Shown: positions 1 to 11,074 of the stretch, piece after piece
Position numbering within the stretch: position 1 is the stretch's first letter
Layout: the number at the start of each line of letters is the position of its first letter
From: an uncultured Bacteroidaceae bacterium
GTDB lineage: Bacteria; Bacteroidota; Bacteroidia; Bacteroidales; GCA-2748055
Direction: 5' to 3'
Length of the DNA: 62,274 bases
NCBI GenBank assembly: GCA_964572225.1
Contig: CAZNFR010000010.1
Coordinates: 1-62,274 of the forward strand
The notes under the pieces: model-generated
Database searches by the model: none
What the model was told of the DNA's origin: nothing
The model's input: only the letters and a program-made list of their open reading frames with translations
Position numbers and translations under genes: made by a program

Positions 1-105
1 CAACAAGGTTTTTTCCTGTTTTAGACGATATAAGAGTATGGTTTTCATCCTTTTTTCATAAATTTCAATCCTGGATATTTATTATTAACCTAAAAACAAA
101 AATCT

Positions 106-321
106 ATGAAGAAGAACATGGGTGCTGCCGACAGGATCATTCGTATTCTGGTTGTGGCTGCCATTGCGATTTTGTATTTTACCAATACCATTTCCGGAAC
201 CCTGGCAATCATTCTTCTGATTTTGGGAGGTATTTTCCTTTTAACCTCCCTGGTTGGATTTTGTCCGCTTTATGCTCCTTTCCGGATCAGTTCATTCAAG
301 AGCAAGGCAAAGGAAGCCTGA
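106..321 (+). CDS. DUF2892 (YgaP-like) small membrane protein
   Basis: MKKNMGxxDRIIR start, two hydrophobic helices and GFCPLY motif typical of DUF2892. Confidence 0.85.
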   Translation: MKKNMGAADRIIRILVVAAIAILYFTNTISGTLAIILLILGGIFLLTSLVGFCPLYAPFRISSFKSKAKEA

Positions 322-340
322 AAAGAAAAAACTATCGTTG

Positions 341-383
341 AAGAGGGTATCCTCCAGATTCAGGGGATACCCTCTCTTCATTT
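341..383 (+). terminator. Intrinsic terminator-like hairpin after DUF2892 gene
   Basis: Inverted repeat agagggtatcct / ggggataccctct followed by cttcattt. Confidence 0.6.
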
Positions 384-414
384 ATTCCCCGTAAGCCGGG
401 CAATGAATATTTCT

Positions 415-422
415 TATCTTTG
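415..422 (+). promoter_or_regulatory. Bacteroidota sigma-A -7 element upstream of adk
   Basis: TATCTTTG matches TAnnTTTG, 35 nt before adk ATG. Confidence 0.6.
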
Positions 423-457
423 TGGTTCCATAATACTAACCATTAAAAAAACACAAA

Positions 458-1036
458 ATGTTGAATCTTGTTTTGTTTGGCCCTCCGGGCTCAGGGAAAG
501 GAACACAATCTGAGAATATTATAGACCGTTATGATCTGGTACATTTGTCTACAGGAGATATTCTGCGGGCTGAGATCGCAAACGGAACCGAGCTTGGAAA
601 AAAGGCAAAAGCGATTATGGACAAGGGTGAACTGGTTTCCGATGAGATCGTAATCGGAATGATCCGAAATAAGTTGCAAAATAACAAGGATGCCAATGGA
701 TTCATATTCGACGGATTTCCAAGAACCGTTGCTCAGGCCGAAGCCCTTGATAAACTTATGGATTCACTCGGCGAAGAGATCAGTCTCATGATATCCCTTG
801 AAGTAGAAAAAGAGGAACTGATTAAAAGATTGCTGAATCGGGGAAAAGAAACTGGTCGTGCCGATGATAATCTGGAAACCATCGAAAATCGTATCACTGT
901 CTACCAGCAACAAACCTCACCTGTAATAGATCATTACAAGTCTGCCGGGAAACATCAACCTGTGGAAGGGGTGGGAGAGATAAGCGAAATATTTGAACGG
1001 ATCCGGAAGATCATGGATCCCATGGCCGGAATTTAG
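458..1036 (+). CDS. adk: Adenylate kinase (short-LID type)
   Basis: GPPGSGKGTQ P-loop, HLSTGDILR, DGFPRT, short LID GRADD. Confidence 0.97.
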   Translation: MLNLVLFGPPGSGKGTQSENIIDRYDLVHLSTGDILRAEIANGTELGKKAKAIMDKGELVSDEIVIGMIRNKLQNNKDANGFIFDGFPRTVAQAEALDKLMDSLGEEISLMISLEVEKEELIKRLLNRGKETGRADDNLETIENRITVYQQQTSPVIDHYKSAGKHQPVEGVGEISEIFERIRKIMDPMAGI

Positions 1037-1071
1037 TTTCCTTCTTCCGGTAAACTTTTCTTTAAGTCATT

Positions 1072-2058
1072 ATGGGACAATCCAACTTTGTTGACCATGT
1101 AAGGATTTTTTGCCGTTCAGGGAAAGGCGGTTCAGGTTCCGCCCATCTGAGAAGGGAGAAGTTTGTCCCTAAAGGAGGTCCGGACGGTGGCGATGGGGGG
1201 AGGGGAGGACACATAATCCTCAAAGGAAACGCTCAAATGTGGACCCTTCTCCATCTGAGATACCGTAAGCATATTTTTGCAGGCAATGGTGAACCTGGTG
1301 CCGGGGCCCTTAAAACCGGCGCCGACGGAGAAGATGTGATTGTTGAAGTTCCGCTGGGTACCGTAGCGAAGGATGAAGAGGACAGACAAATTCTGGAAAT
1401 CACCCGCGATGGGGAAGAGAAAGTGCTGATCAACGGGGGAAGGGGAGGACTCGGGAATAATCACTTTAAATCTTCCACCAATCAGACCCCCCGGTATGCA
1501 CAACCCGGAGAGGAGGGAAGGGAAGGATGGTTTGCCCTGGAACTCAAGATCCTTGCCGATGTCGGACTTGTGGGTTTTCCCAATGCCGGAAAATCAACCC
1601 TCTTATCGGTTGTTTCTGCCGCCAAACCAAAAATTGCCGATTATCCCTTTACTACCCTGATGCCAAACCTCGGAATCGTTTCCTACCTGGATAACCGTTC
1701 CTTTGTGATGGCCGATATTCCCGGTATCATCGAAGGAGCCAATGAAGGAAAAGGAATTGGAATTCGATTCCTCCGTCATATCGAACGAAATTCCATGCTG
1801 ATCTTTATGGTTCCGGCCGATAGTGATGATATTCATAGGGAGTATAAAGTCCTGCTTAAAGAATGTGAGCTATATAACCCTGAATTGCTTCACAAAAAAA
1901 GAATACTTTGTATCTCTAAATCAGACATGCTTGATGAAGAGCTTATGAATGAGATCAGGAAGGACCTGCCCCGAATTCCCAGTTTGTTCATTTCTTCGAT
2001 TACTTCACGTGGGATCCGGGAATTGAAAGACCTGATCTGGAAAACATTAAACTTCTAG
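1072..2058 (+). CDS. obgE: GTPase ObgE/CgtA
   Basis: Gly-rich Obg domain ([12 protein letters not shown]), [18 protein letters not shown]. Confidence 0.97.
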   Translation: MGQSNFVDHVRIFCRSGKGGSGSAHLRREKFVPKGGPDGGDGGRGGHIILKGNAQMWTLLHLRYRKHIFAGNGEPGAGALKTGADGEDVIVEVPLGTVAKDEEDRQILEITRDGEEKVLINGGRGGLGNNHFKSSTNQTPRYAQPGEEGREGWFALELKILADVGLVGFPNAGKSTLLSVVSAAKPKIADYPFTTLMPNLGIVSYLDNRSFVMADIPGIIEGANEGKGIGIRFLRHIERNSMLIFMVPADSDDIHREYKVLLKECELYNPELLHKKRILCISKSDMLDEELMNEIRKDLPRIPSLFISSITSRGIRELKDLIWKTLNF

Positions 2059-2060
2059 CT

Positions 2061-2639
2061 ATGGTTGATCTACTTGTGGATATTGATCAAACGATACTTT
2101 TATGGATCAATGGGTTAAACTCAGATTTCCTCGATGATGTGATGTGGTGGATAAGCGGTAAGTTTACCTGGTGGCCCTTCTACCTATTGCTTCTCCTCGC
2201 TGTTTTCTACTTCAAAGGATGGAAAAAGGGGGCCTGGCTTATTCTGATGGTGGTTATGGCAATTGTATTGAGCGACCAGAGCTCCGTTCACCTATTCAAG
2301 AACATCATTCAGCGCCTTCGCCCTTCACACAATCCTGAACTCGAAGGTGCGCTACATTTCGTGAATGGCTATAGAGGGGGAAAATTCGGATTCATCTCCT
2401 CTCATGCATCCAATAGTTTTGCGGTGGCGACGCTAATCTCCCTCGTAATCAGGGTACGCTGGTTCAGTATGATTCTTTTTTTGTGGGCCGGACTGGTATC
2501 TATCAGCAGGGTTTACCTCGGAGTTCACTATCCTTCAGACATAATCGCCGGTGCAATTTGGGGCGGACTCATTGCATGGTTCCTGGCCTGGATCTATAAA
2601 AAATATCTCGTAAAGGAATCCAAAGGAACCCTTCAGTGA
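2061..2639 (+). CDS. PAP2-family membrane phosphatase
   Basis: KxxxxRxRP, SSH and SRVYLGVHYPSD PAP2 motifs; hydrophobic helices. Confidence 0.9.
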   Translation: MVDLLVDIDQTILLWINGLNSDFLDDVMWWISGKFTWWPFYLLLLLAVFYFKGWKKGAWLILMVVMAIVLSDQSSVHLFKNIIQRLRPSHNPELEGALHFVNGYRGGKFGFISSHASNSFAVATLISLVIRVRWFSMILFLWAGLVSISRVYLGVHYPSDIIAGAIWGGLIAWFLAWIYKKYLVKESKGTLQ

Positions 2640-2645
2640 AAAAGG

Positions 2646-3626
2646 TCAAAACATCCCGTCAATAAATTCCTCCGGAGGTACATTTTTAAAATAATCGTTC
2701 AGGTCGAATTCCTTCAGCTTGATGGCAATGGATTCCTTGTCGTGCTGCACACCCACAAGGGCATTCTCTATGATGTCAATATCATATTTATGAAAAAAAT
2801 CTCCGTAGATCTTAATACCGCTAATTATTCCTTTTTCAACATTGATATGAAATTCCAGATTTCCACCCTGGGTGCGTATAAGTTTCTCAAAGTCATACTT
2901 GGGTGAGTAACCGAAATTCCATTCCCAGGTTGAAAACTTCTCATCCCTTAACTTTTCAATCCCTTGTATATCTTTTTCCGAGTACTCGTACATTTTGCTT
3001 TCCGGATACATCTCCATGATATATTGCATGATGCGGTCCCTGAACTCCAGGACATCCATTTTTTCTTCCAGGTGTTCACTGATATTGGTAACACGGGAAC
3101 GAACAGATTTTACCGCTTTGTCTTTAAATTTTAGGGGATTAACCTTAAGAGCTGCCGATAGATCGGTCATAATTGCCGAAAATAAAAGCGTTCCATGGTG
3201 AAGAACCCGGTTTTTCCAAACATGTTCCGCATTGCCCGAAAACTTTTTACCCTCAATGGTCAGGTCATTCCTGCCTTCAAATCTGGCATTGATGCCCATT
3301 CGTTGCAATACCTCGATGATAGGGCGGGTAAATTTCCGAAAATCAACCAGATTGCCGGCTTCGCCATTTCTGACGAAAGTAAAGTTGAGGTTTCCCAGAT
3401 CATGAAAAACCGCCCCACCCCCCGAGATCCTTCTTACAACTTTGATTTGTTTTTCTTTAACGTAATCAATATTGATCTCGGCAAGCGTATTCTGATGTTT
3501 ACCCACAATGATGGAAGGGGCATTCCTCCATAACATAAAACAATCTTCGGTAAAATTTTTAAGAACGTACTCATCTGCCGCAAGATTGAAATAGGGGTCG
3601 GTGTGAGAATCTTTAATACAAAGCAT
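2646..3626 (-). CDS. lplA: Lipoate-protein ligase A
   Basis: DPYFNLA, RRISGGGAVFHDLGN, KFSGNA, HHGTLL, WEWNFG; start moved to ATG at 3626. Confidence 0.92.
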   Translation of the reverse strand: MLCIKDSHTDPYFNLAADEYVLKNFTEDCFMLWRNAPSIIVGKHQNTLAEINIDYVKEKQIKVVRRISGGGAVFHDLGNLNFTFVRNGEAGNLVDFRKFTRPIIEVLQRMGINARFEGRNDLTIEGKKFSGNAEHVWKNRVLHHGTLLFSAIMTDLSAALKVNPLKFKDKAVKSVRSRVTNISEHLEEKMDVLEFRDRIMQYIMEMYPESKMYEYSEKDIQGIEKLRDEKFSTWEWNFGYSPKYDFEKLIRTQGGNLEFHINVEKGIISGIKIYGDFFHKYDIDIIENALVGVQHDKESIAIKLKEFDLNDYFKNVPPEEFIDGMF

Positions 3627-3719
3627 GTTTGAACAATTAGAATAAACTGCTAAAATATTGAAAAGTAGCAAATAGCGAAGAAAATATCCTTATAAATTGT
3701 TCACACTCCTCGATATGCT

Positions 3720-4280
3720 TTACTGGCCAACATATGCCTTTATCCAGGCAACTTCTAGCTTGAATGCACCCTCCTGCTTGTTCCCAATCAAAAAACCAAT
3801 CTGACGGATACCTGATGGATCTATATCATCCATATCCAGGATCATCCTTCCGCGAAAGGTCGGATTAAAATCAGAAAAAGGAATAGTGATCTCCTGCCAG
3901 GTTCCAGGGCGGGTTTTAAACTCGGCCATATAACTTACTCCATCAAAATTGTCGTCGTTTCGTAATCGCAGACTGTAAATTTTTCCATCTCCTTTGAGCC
4001 GAAGTCGAATGCCATCAAAACCCTCAAGGGAATAATTGGAAGGCTTGGTCCTTACAGAAGCAAATCCGCCATAATTTTCCAGTGACACTTTTCCTTCAAA
4101 AATTCCCGTCTTTCCAGGGGTCTGATACAGCATGCTTTTGGACAGGCCGCCCATCACACCATCATTGATGATGATCCATTTGCCCTTTTCCTGTTCACTA
4201 GCAAAATCAATTACCATCTTCTCCGGTATGCCGGGTTGTATCATAAGGATGGATAGTATGGTTATAAAAAAAATGATCAT
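3720..4280 (-). CDS. CIA30/NDUFAF1-family protein
   Basis: WxIINDGVMGGLS, VSLENYGGFASVR, GDGKxY, FxPTFRGR; likely start at 4280 because the upstream extension overlaps the opposite-strand acyltransferase. Confidence 0.88.
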   Translation of the reverse strand: MIIFFITILSILMIQPGIPEKMVIDFASEQEKGKWIIINDGVMGGLSKSMLYQTPGKTGIFEGKVSLENYGGFASVRTKPSNYSLEGFDGIRLRLKGDGKIYSLRLRNDDNFDGVSYMAEFKTRPGTWQEITIPFSDFNPTFRGRMILDMDDIDPSGIRQIGFLIGNKQEGAFKLEVAWIKAYVGQ

Positions 4281-4383
4281 ATCAGTATTTCCTCTTCCAA
4301 AACGGATTTCAGGAAGCATTTGTTCAATCGGCCTCCCCTTCAACAGACCTGAATTTTTATTAATTTTGGAAATATTTCTTTCT

Positions 4384-5133
4384 ATGAAAATTCTCTCTAA
4401 TAAGATTATTTCCGCCATTCTCTGGGGCTGGTTCCTGATCTCATCCATCCTTTTCACCCCGGTTATCCTTATTCTGTGGATCACTGCGGCAAGCCTGGAG
4501 AAGAAAGGGAGAATACTCCATCTCTTTTCCTGTTTTTGGGGAGCACAATATATCTGGGTCAACCCCTTTTGGAGACTGAAGATCACAGGCAACGACAGTT
4601 CCAAATTCAGGGAGCCTGCCGTAATTATTTCCAACCACCAGAGTCTGGTCGATATTCTGATTATTTACAGTCTTTTCAGGCATTTTAGGTGGACATCCAA
4701 GTCGGAAAACTTTCGTCTCCCATTCGTGGGCTGGGTATTGTCACTAAACAGGTCGGTCAGGATCCACAGAGGGAAATTATCCGCTTTCAGGCCTTTCAAA
4801 GAATCAGCCGTTCGGGAGCTGAACAAAGGCAATTCCGTTATGATATTCCCTGAAGGGACCCGCTCCAAAACCGGAAAACCCGGACGATTTCGGGAGGGTG
4901 CGTTTATGATTGCTCTGGAGGCAGGAGTGGATATCCTACCCATGGTTCTCGATGGTTCTGCTTCTGCAATTCCCAAGAGTTCATGGTATATAAGGGGAAG
5001 GAGCAGGCTAAGGCTGAAGGTGCTGGAACGTATTCCTGCCTCTGCAATCGCTGAAATGGGCACCGATAAAGCCCGGGAATTTTTCCAACAGAAAATACAG
5101 TCTGAACTCGAGAAAATGAGAAATGATGGATAA
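4384..5133 (+). CDS. 1-acyl-sn-glycerol-3-phosphate (lysophospholipid) acyltransferase, PlsC family
   Basis: NHQSxxD and FPEGTRS motifs; N-terminal TM; start moved to ATG 4384. Confidence 0.9.
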   Translation: MKILSNKIISAILWGWFLISSILFTPVILILWITAASLEKKGRILHLFSCFWGAQYIWVNPFWRLKITGNDSSKFREPAVIISNHQSLVDILIIYSLFRHFRWTSKSENFRLPFVGWVLSLNRSVRIHRGKLSAFRPFKESAVRELNKGNSVMIFPEGTRSKTGKPGRFREGAFMIALEAGVDILPMVLDGSASAIPKSSWYIRGRSRLRLKVLERIPASAIAEMGTDKAREFFQQKIQSELEKMRNDG

Positions 5134-5911
5134 GGACCTAATCCTGAGGCCCACCCGCAGGATATTGAAAAAAATGGGTTATTTCCGTGACCAGGAAGGG
5201 ATCATGAACCGATACCTCAGAGAATCTGCTGAGTGGGAAGCTCATCTGGAAAAAACCCGGGATGTTATCCTGAATAAGATCGGGGAAAAGCTGCCCGAAA
5301 GAATCATCGTTCTCGGAAGCGGATGGTTATTGGATTTTCCTCTGGAAGAGGCCTGGGAAATATGCAGAGATATTGAACTGGTTGACATCATTCACCCTCC
5401 TCAGATCCTGAACCGGATCCGGAAATTTCCCGGGATCCGTACCTTAGGTATGGACCTTAGCGGGGGAATGATTGCCCAAACCTATTATGGACTAAAAAAC
5501 AGGCTGAGCCTTGAAGAAATTAACCGGCTTACAGCCCTTCCTCTGGAATTTAACCCCGATCAAAAAAATACCCTGTTCATTTCCCTTAATGTGATGAGTC
5601 AGCTCGACTCCCTTCCGTCAGAGTATATAGTAAAAAAGACCTCTGTTTCATACCATGACCTCCTCGAATTTCGTTCAGGTATCCAGGAAAGACATCTTGA
5701 ATTCCTGAAATCGGTGAAAGGATTACTCATCACAGATTATGCTGAAATCTACCGCAATTTATCGAATGGTAGTGTGAACGAGAAACAAATCCTAATTACC
5801 GGCCTGGAAAGGATCCTCCCGGAGGAAGAGTGGAAATGGGAGTTCGACAGTCAGGGAATTTACCGGGAAAACTGCAGTACAAGCATGCGGGTGCTGGTTG
5901 TGAGTTTTTAA
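5123..5911 (+). CDS. Hypothetical protein with SAM-binding Rossmann-like motif
   Basis: IIVLGSG...ELVD pattern; overlaps the acyltransferase 3' end by 11 nt. Confidence 0.55.
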   Translation: MMDKDLILRPTRRILKKMGYFRDQEGIMNRYLRESAEWEAHLEKTRDVILNKIGEKLPERIIVLGSGWLLDFPLEEAWEICRDIELVDIIHPPQILNRIRKFPGIRTLGMDLSGGMIAQTYYGLKNRLSLEEINRLTALPLEFNPDQKNTLFISLNVMSQLDSLPSEYIVKKTSVSYHDLLEFRSGIQERHLEFLKSVKGLLITDYAEIYRNLSNGSVNEKQILITGLERILPEEEWKWEFDSQGIYRENCSTSMRVLVVSF

Positions 5912-5973
5912 CAACTTCAACGGGTCAAGGGGTTGAAAAACTGATCATTACTTTTCCTGTTGATAACCCGGAA

Positions 5974-6003
5974 TTTGAAGCGACCCGGTTTTGGTTATAT
6001 TTG
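5974..6003 (+). promoter_or_regulatory. Bacteroidota sigma-A promoter upstream of parE
   Basis: TTTG (5974-5977) and TATATTTG (5996-6003). Confidence 0.55.
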
Positions 6004-6020
6004 TTGAAATTACGAGTATT

Positions 6021-7901
6021 ATGAGCGTGAACTATTCAGAAGAGAGCATCAGGACGCTGGATTGGAAAGAGCATATCCGGAAAAGGCCGGGAATGTATAT
6101 CGGGAAACTCGGTGACGGATCCTCTCCCGACGACGGGATCTACATACTTCTTAAAGAAGTCCTGGATAATTCCATTGATGAGTATATGATGGGTTACGGT
6201 AAGGTGATAGAAATTTCCATATCCGAAGAGTCAGTTACCGTTCGGGACTACGGCAGGGGGATTCCCCTGGGAAAGGTCGTAGACGTTGCCTCCAAAATGA
6301 ATACCGGTGCCAAATATGATTCCAAGGTTTTTAAGAAGTCTGTCGGACTTAACGGAGTAGGGATCAAAGCAGTTAATGCACTCAGCAGAAGTTTTGAGAT
6401 TGAATCGGTTAGAGAAGGGAAATCCAAGCTTGCACTTTTTCAACAGGGAAGCATGGAGCTGGATCGTCCGGAAAGCGATAGCGACCTTAAAAATGGAACC
6501 AGGATTACCTTTGTCCCGGATGGGGAACTTTTTGGTAAGTTCAGGTTTATTCCTGAATATGTCGAGAACATGATCAGGAATTACGTTTACCTGAATACAG
6601 GATTGAAGATTATTTTCAACGACAATGCTTTTGTGTCAAAGAACGGACTGGTCGATCTGCTGGAAGATTCCATGAACGAAGAAGCCTTGTATCCCATCAT
6701 ACATCTTAGGGAAGATGATATCGAACTGGCTATGACCCATGGGAACCAATACGGTGAAGAGTATTTTACATTTGTGAATGGACAGCATACCACCCAGGGA
6801 GGAACCCACCTCATCGCATTACGGGAAGCCCTTGTGAAAACCATTCGTGATTTTTATAAAAAAGATTTTGATCCTTCAGACATTCGTGCCTCAGTTATTG
6901 CTGCCCTGAGCATTAAGGTAGAAGAGCCGGTATTCGAATCCCAAACCAAAACCAAGCTTGGCTCCCGGGATATGGGCCCTGAAGGTCCTTCGGTCAGAAA
7001 TTTTATCATGAATTTCATGACCACAAGACTGGATAATTACCTGCATAAAAATTCCGAGACGGCCAATATCCTGCTGAAAAAAATTCAGGAGTCCGAAAAA
7101 GAAAGGAAAGCCATATCAGGAATCCAAAAACTTGCCAAGGAAAGGGCCAAGAAAGCAAGCCTTCATAATAAAAAATTAAGAGATTGCCGGATCCACTATA
7201 ATTCGGTTGATGAACTTAAGGATGAGACAACCATTTTCATCACCGAAGGGGATTCAGCTTCCGGATCCATAACCAAATCAAGGAATGTTAATACACAGGC
7301 GGTATTTAGTCTGAAAGGAAAACCGTTAAACTCTTACGGTCTGACAAAAAAAATAGTCTACGAGAACGAAGAGTTTAATCTTCTTCAGGCTGCCCTGAAT
7401 ATCGAAGAAGGACTGGATACCCTGAGATACAAGAAAATAGTGATCGCCACCGATGCCGATGTGGACGGAATGCATATCCGCCTGCTCCTGATCACCTTCT
7501 TTTTGCAGTTTTTTCCAAATCTGGTAAGAAAAGGGCATCTCTATATTTTAAAAACCCCCCTTTTCCGCGTAAGGAATAAACAAAAAACCATCTACTGCTA
7601 TAACCAGCAGGAAAAAAACGATGCTATACGTGAGCTGGGAAAAAATCCGGAAATTACCCGCTTTAAAGGTCTTGGAGAGATCTCTCCCGATGAATTCAAA
7701 TACTTTATCGGAGAGGATATTCGGCTGGAACCTGTCCGTTTGAACAAGGACGACTCCGTTCATGATTTGCTCGATTTTTACATGGGAAAAAATACTCCCG
7801 AAAGACAGGACTTTATTATCGATAATCTAAGGATTGAGCTGGATGCCGTTGAAGATGAGACAATTGATGAAGCTGTTCAGGAAGAGATCCTGGAAGATTG
7901 A
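6021..7901 (+). CDS. parE: DNA topoisomerase IV subunit B
   Basis: [47 protein letters not shown]; start at ATG 6021. Confidence 0.93.
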   Translation: MSVNYSEESIRTLDWKEHIRKRPGMYIGKLGDGSSPDDGIYILLKEVLDNSIDEYMMGYGKVIEISISEESVTVRDYGRGIPLGKVVDVASKMNTGAKYDSKVFKKSVGLNGVGIKAVNALSRSFEIESVREGKSKLALFQQGSMELDRPESDSDLKNGTRITFVPDGELFGKFRFIPEYVENMIRNYVYLNTGLKIIFNDNAFVSKNGLVDLLEDSMNEEALYPIIHLREDDIELAMTHGNQYGEEYFTFVNGQHTTQGGTHLIALREALVKTIRDFYKKDFDPSDIRASVIAALSIKVEEPVFESQTKTKLGSRDMGPEGPSVRNFIMNFMTTRLDNYLHKNSETANILLKKIQESEKERKAISGIQKLAKERAKKASLHNKKLRDCRIHYNSVDELKDETTIFITEGDSASGSITKSRNVNTQAVFSLKGKPLNSYGLTKKIVYENEEFNLLQAALNIEEGLDTLRYKKIVIATDADVDGMHIRLLLITFFLQFFPNLVRKGHLYILKTPLFRVRNKQKTIYCYNQQEKNDAIRELGKNPEITRFKGLGEISPDEFKYFIGEDIRLEPVRLNKDDSVHDLLDFYMGKNTPERQDFIIDNLRIELDAVEDETIDEAVQEEILED

Positions 7902-7925
7902 TGATCCCAAATCCATACAAAGAAA

Positions 7926-10547
7926 ATGACTGACGAGATATTTCAGAATCCGAATCCCGAAGAGGAAATGAACGAGTACTTCGATGCTGGTGCCGATGGA
8001 GGTGCTACAGATAACGGCATTCCAAAAGTAGTGCATCTTTCGGGAATGTATGAAGACTGGTTCCTTGATTATGCTTCTTATGTAATCCTGGAAAGGGCAG
8101 TTGCCCATATGAATGACGGATTAAAACCCGTGCAGAGAAGAATTCTGCATTCTATGAAACGGCTCGATGACGGTCGCTATAATAAAGTGGCAAATATTAT
8201 CGGGCATACCATGCAATTTCATCCCCACGGAGATGCTTCCATTGGAGATGCGCTGGTGCAACTGGGACAGAAAGACCTTTTGGTTGATACCCAGGGTAAC
8301 TGGGGCAATATTCTTACCGGTGATGGCGCCGCTGCTCCAAGATACATCGAAGCCCGACTTTCAAAATTCGCTCTAGAGGTAATCTTTAATCCCAAAACCA
8401 CGGAATGGAAACTTTCCTATGACGGCCGGAACAAAGAACCCCTCACTCTGCCGGTTAAGTTCCCCCTTCTCCTTGCACAAGGAGGAGAAGGTATTGCGGT
8501 AGGACTCTCATCCCGGATTCTTCCCCATAATTTTAACGAACTGATCGATGCCTGTATCGCAAACCTTAAAGGTAAGGAGTTTGATCTCTATCCGGACTTC
8601 CCAACCGGAGGAATGATCGATGTCTCCAGGTATAATGACGGACAAAGGGGTGGGGCCGTGAAAGTAAGGGCCAGGATTGAGAAGCTTGATAAGAAAACCC
8701 TCGCAATCCGGGAAATTCCTTATGGCAAAACTACCGGAAGCCTTATCGAATCTATTCTAAAAGCCAATGAAAAAGGAAAGATCAAGATCCGGAAAATTGA
8801 TGATAATACGGCCGAAAACGTCGAGATCCTCGTACATCTCGCCCCTAATATGTCTTCCGATAAAACCATAGATGCACTTTATGCATTTACCGATTGTGAG
8901 CTTTCCATTTCTCCCAATTGTTGCGTGATCGAAAATGAAAAACCACGCTTCACCAACGTTAGCGAAGTTCTGAAAAAGAATGCAGAAAATACCCTCGAAC
9001 TGCTTCGACTTGAGCTGCAGATACGAATGAATGAACTCGAGGAAAACTGGCATTTTTCATCCCTGGAGAAAATATTTATCGAAGAGAAGATCTACAGGGA
9101 TATCGAAGAGTGCGAAACCTGGGAATCCATCATCGAAACCATCGATATGGGACTGGACCCGTTTAAGAAACTATTAAAAAGGGAAGTGACCCGGGAAGAT
9201 ATCATTAAGCTGACCGAGATCAGGATCAAAAGAATATCCAAATTCGATAAGAAAAAAGCCGATGAACAGATCCGCGGACTGGAAACAGAGATGGAGGAGG
9301 TTCGAAATCATCTGTATAATATCGTCGAATATACAATCAATTATTTCCGGCAAATAAAGAAAAAATACGGACAGGGAAGAGAGAGGAAAACCGAGATCCG
9401 AAGCTTCGAAAGCATTGAAGCCACAAAAGTGGTTGTGGCCAATGAGAAACTTTATGTAAACCGGAAAGAAGGCTTTTTCGGCACCGGACTCAGAAAAGAT
9501 GAATTCGTATGCGATTGTTCCGATATTGACGATATCATTGCCTTCCGAAAAGACGGTTTTTTTTCAGTGAATAAGGTAGATGATAAAGTCTTCGTAGGAA
9601 AAGATATAATACACATAGGAGTCTTTAAGAAAAATGACAATCGGACCATTTACAATGTGATCTATTACGATGGTAATTCCGGAAATACCCTTATGAAACG
9701 TGCCCCCATAACCGGTATTACCCGCGAAAAAAAATATAGCTTTATCCGGGAACATAAAAATTCACGTATCCTTTATATGACGGTTAATCCCAACGGAGAG
9801 GCAGAGGTGGTGAAAGTATACCTCAAACCCAGGCCGCGCTTAAAGAATACAGTATTTGAACAGGATTTCAGTGAGCTGGCTATAAAAGGGAAAGGGGCCT
9901 TGGGAAATATTCTTACCAAACATGCGGTCCATAAAATAACCCTCAAAGAAAAAGGTGAATCCACCCTCGGAGGCCGGAAATTATGGTTCGATGAAGATGT
10001 TAACAGACTCAATGCCGATGGAAGAGGAACACTTCTCGGTGAATTCTCGGGCGATGACCGATTGCTGGTTGTCACAAACGACGGGAAATTCAGAACCTCT
10101 AATTTCGATCTGAGTAACCATTTCGAAGATAACCTGATCAGGATAGAAAAATATAATCCCGGGAAAACATTTTCCGCGGTATTTTTTGATGCAGATCAGG
10201 ATTACTACTATCTTAAACGTTTTAATTTTGAGGAAAGTGACAGACTTCAAAGCTTTATCGGTGATAACCCGGATTCTTCGCTGATCAGGCTCACTGAATT
10301 CGATTATCCCAGGTTCGAGATCCAGTTCGGAGGCAAAAACAAAAATCGGGATCCGGAGATCATTGAAGTAGCTGATTTTATTGGAGTCAAAAGTTTCAGA
10401 GCCAGAGGAAAGAGGCTATCCAACTACGAGGTGAAAATCGTAAAAGAACTTGAACCCATCCGGAATATCAGCCATTCTGAAACTGAAGATGAGGAAAACG
10501 ATCCTGGTGAACCCAGGGATAAGGGGCAAATGTCACTGGACCTGTAA
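7926..10547 (+). CDS. parC: DNA topoisomerase IV subunit A
   Basis: DGLKPVQRR, HPHGD, AAPRYIEARL catalytic Tyr; directly follows parE. Confidence 0.92.
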   Translation: MTDEIFQNPNPEEEMNEYFDAGADGGATDNGIPKVVHLSGMYEDWFLDYASYVILERAVAHMNDGLKPVQRRILHSMKRLDDGRYNKVANIIGHTMQFHPHGDASIGDALVQLGQKDLLVDTQGNWGNILTGDGAAAPRYIEARLSKFALEVIFNPKTTEWKLSYDGRNKEPLTLPVKFPLLLAQGGEGIAVGLSSRILPHNFNELIDACIANLKGKEFDLYPDFPTGGMIDVSRYNDGQRGGAVKVRARIEKLDKKTLAIREIPYGKTTGSLIESILKANEKGKIKIRKIDDNTAENVEILVHLAPNMSSDKTIDALYAFTDCELSISPNCCVIENEKPRFTNVSEVLKKNAENTLELLRLELQIRMNELEENWHFSSLEKIFIEEKIYRDIEECETWESIIETIDMGLDPFKKLLKREVTREDIIKLTEIRIKRISKFDKKKADEQIRGLETEMEEVRNHLYNIVEYTINYFRQIKKKYGQGRERKTEIRSFESIEATKVVVANEKLYVNRKEGFFGTGLRKDEFVCDCSDIDDIIAFRKDGFFSVNKVDDKVFVGKDIIHIGVFKKNDNRTIYNVIYYDGNSGNTLMKRAPITGITREKKYSFIREHKNSRILYMTVNPNGEAEVVKVYLKPRPRLKNTVFEQDFSELAIKGKGALGNILTKHAVHKITLKEKGESTLGGRKLWFDEDVNRLNADGRGTLLGEFSGDDRLLVVTNDGKFRTSNFDLSNHFEDNLIRIEKYNPGKTFSAVFFDADQDYYYLKRFNFEESDRLQSFIGDNPDSSLIRLTEFDYPRFEIQFGGKNKNRDPEIIEVADFIGVKSFRARGKRLSNYEVKIVKELEPIRNISHSETEDEENDPGEPRDKGQMSLDL

Positions 10548-10561
10548 AAAACTTCAAACAG

Positions 10562-11074
10562 GTGAGAATCTTTATTATCGGTTTTATGGGTGCAGGGAAA
10601 ACTACCCTGGGAAAAAAACTGGCCGCCAAGCTGGAGTATGATTTTATTGACCTGGATGATTTTATCCAACAAAAGGAAGGCATGTCCATCTCCGATATCT
10701 TCCTGGAACTCGGAGAGAACAGCTTTCGGAACATGGAATCCGAAAATCTGCGCCTCCTGGGGAATATTCAGAATACCCTTATTTCCGTCGGCGGAGGCAC
10801 GCCCTGCTACCACAACAATATGGATTGGATGAAAAAGAACGGTCTGACTATATATCTCCAACTTGATGTTAACACATTGATTTCCAGATTAAAAAACAGC
10901 GCGACCAACCGCCCACTCCTACAAAAGAAATCAGAAGAAGAAATGCTTGATTTCATATCTACCCGTTTGGATGAAAGAAAACAGTTCTACGAAGCTGCCG
11001 AACTGATTATCCCCGCCCGCAACCTTAAAATGAAAGACTTGTATAATGTTGTAAAGGAAGCGATCAGCGAATGA
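10562..11074 (+). CDS. aroK: Shikimate kinase
   Basis: IGFMGAGKTTLG, DLD, GGGTP, RPLL motifs; GTG start. Confidence 0.95.
   Translation: MRIFIIGFMGAGKTTLGKKLAAKLEYDFIDLDDFIQQKEGMSISDIFLELGENSFRNMESENLRLLGNIQNTLISVGGGTPCYHNNMDWMKKNGLTIYLQLDVNTLISRLKNSATNRPLLQKKSEEEMLDFISTRLDERKQFYEAAELIIPARNLKMKDLYNVVKEAISE

Noticed and set aside
4132-4634. Apparent long antiparallel overlap between the CIA30 and acyltransferase ORFs
   Set aside because: Both conserved domains begin at internal ATGs (4280 minus, 4384 plus), leaving a normal divergent gap
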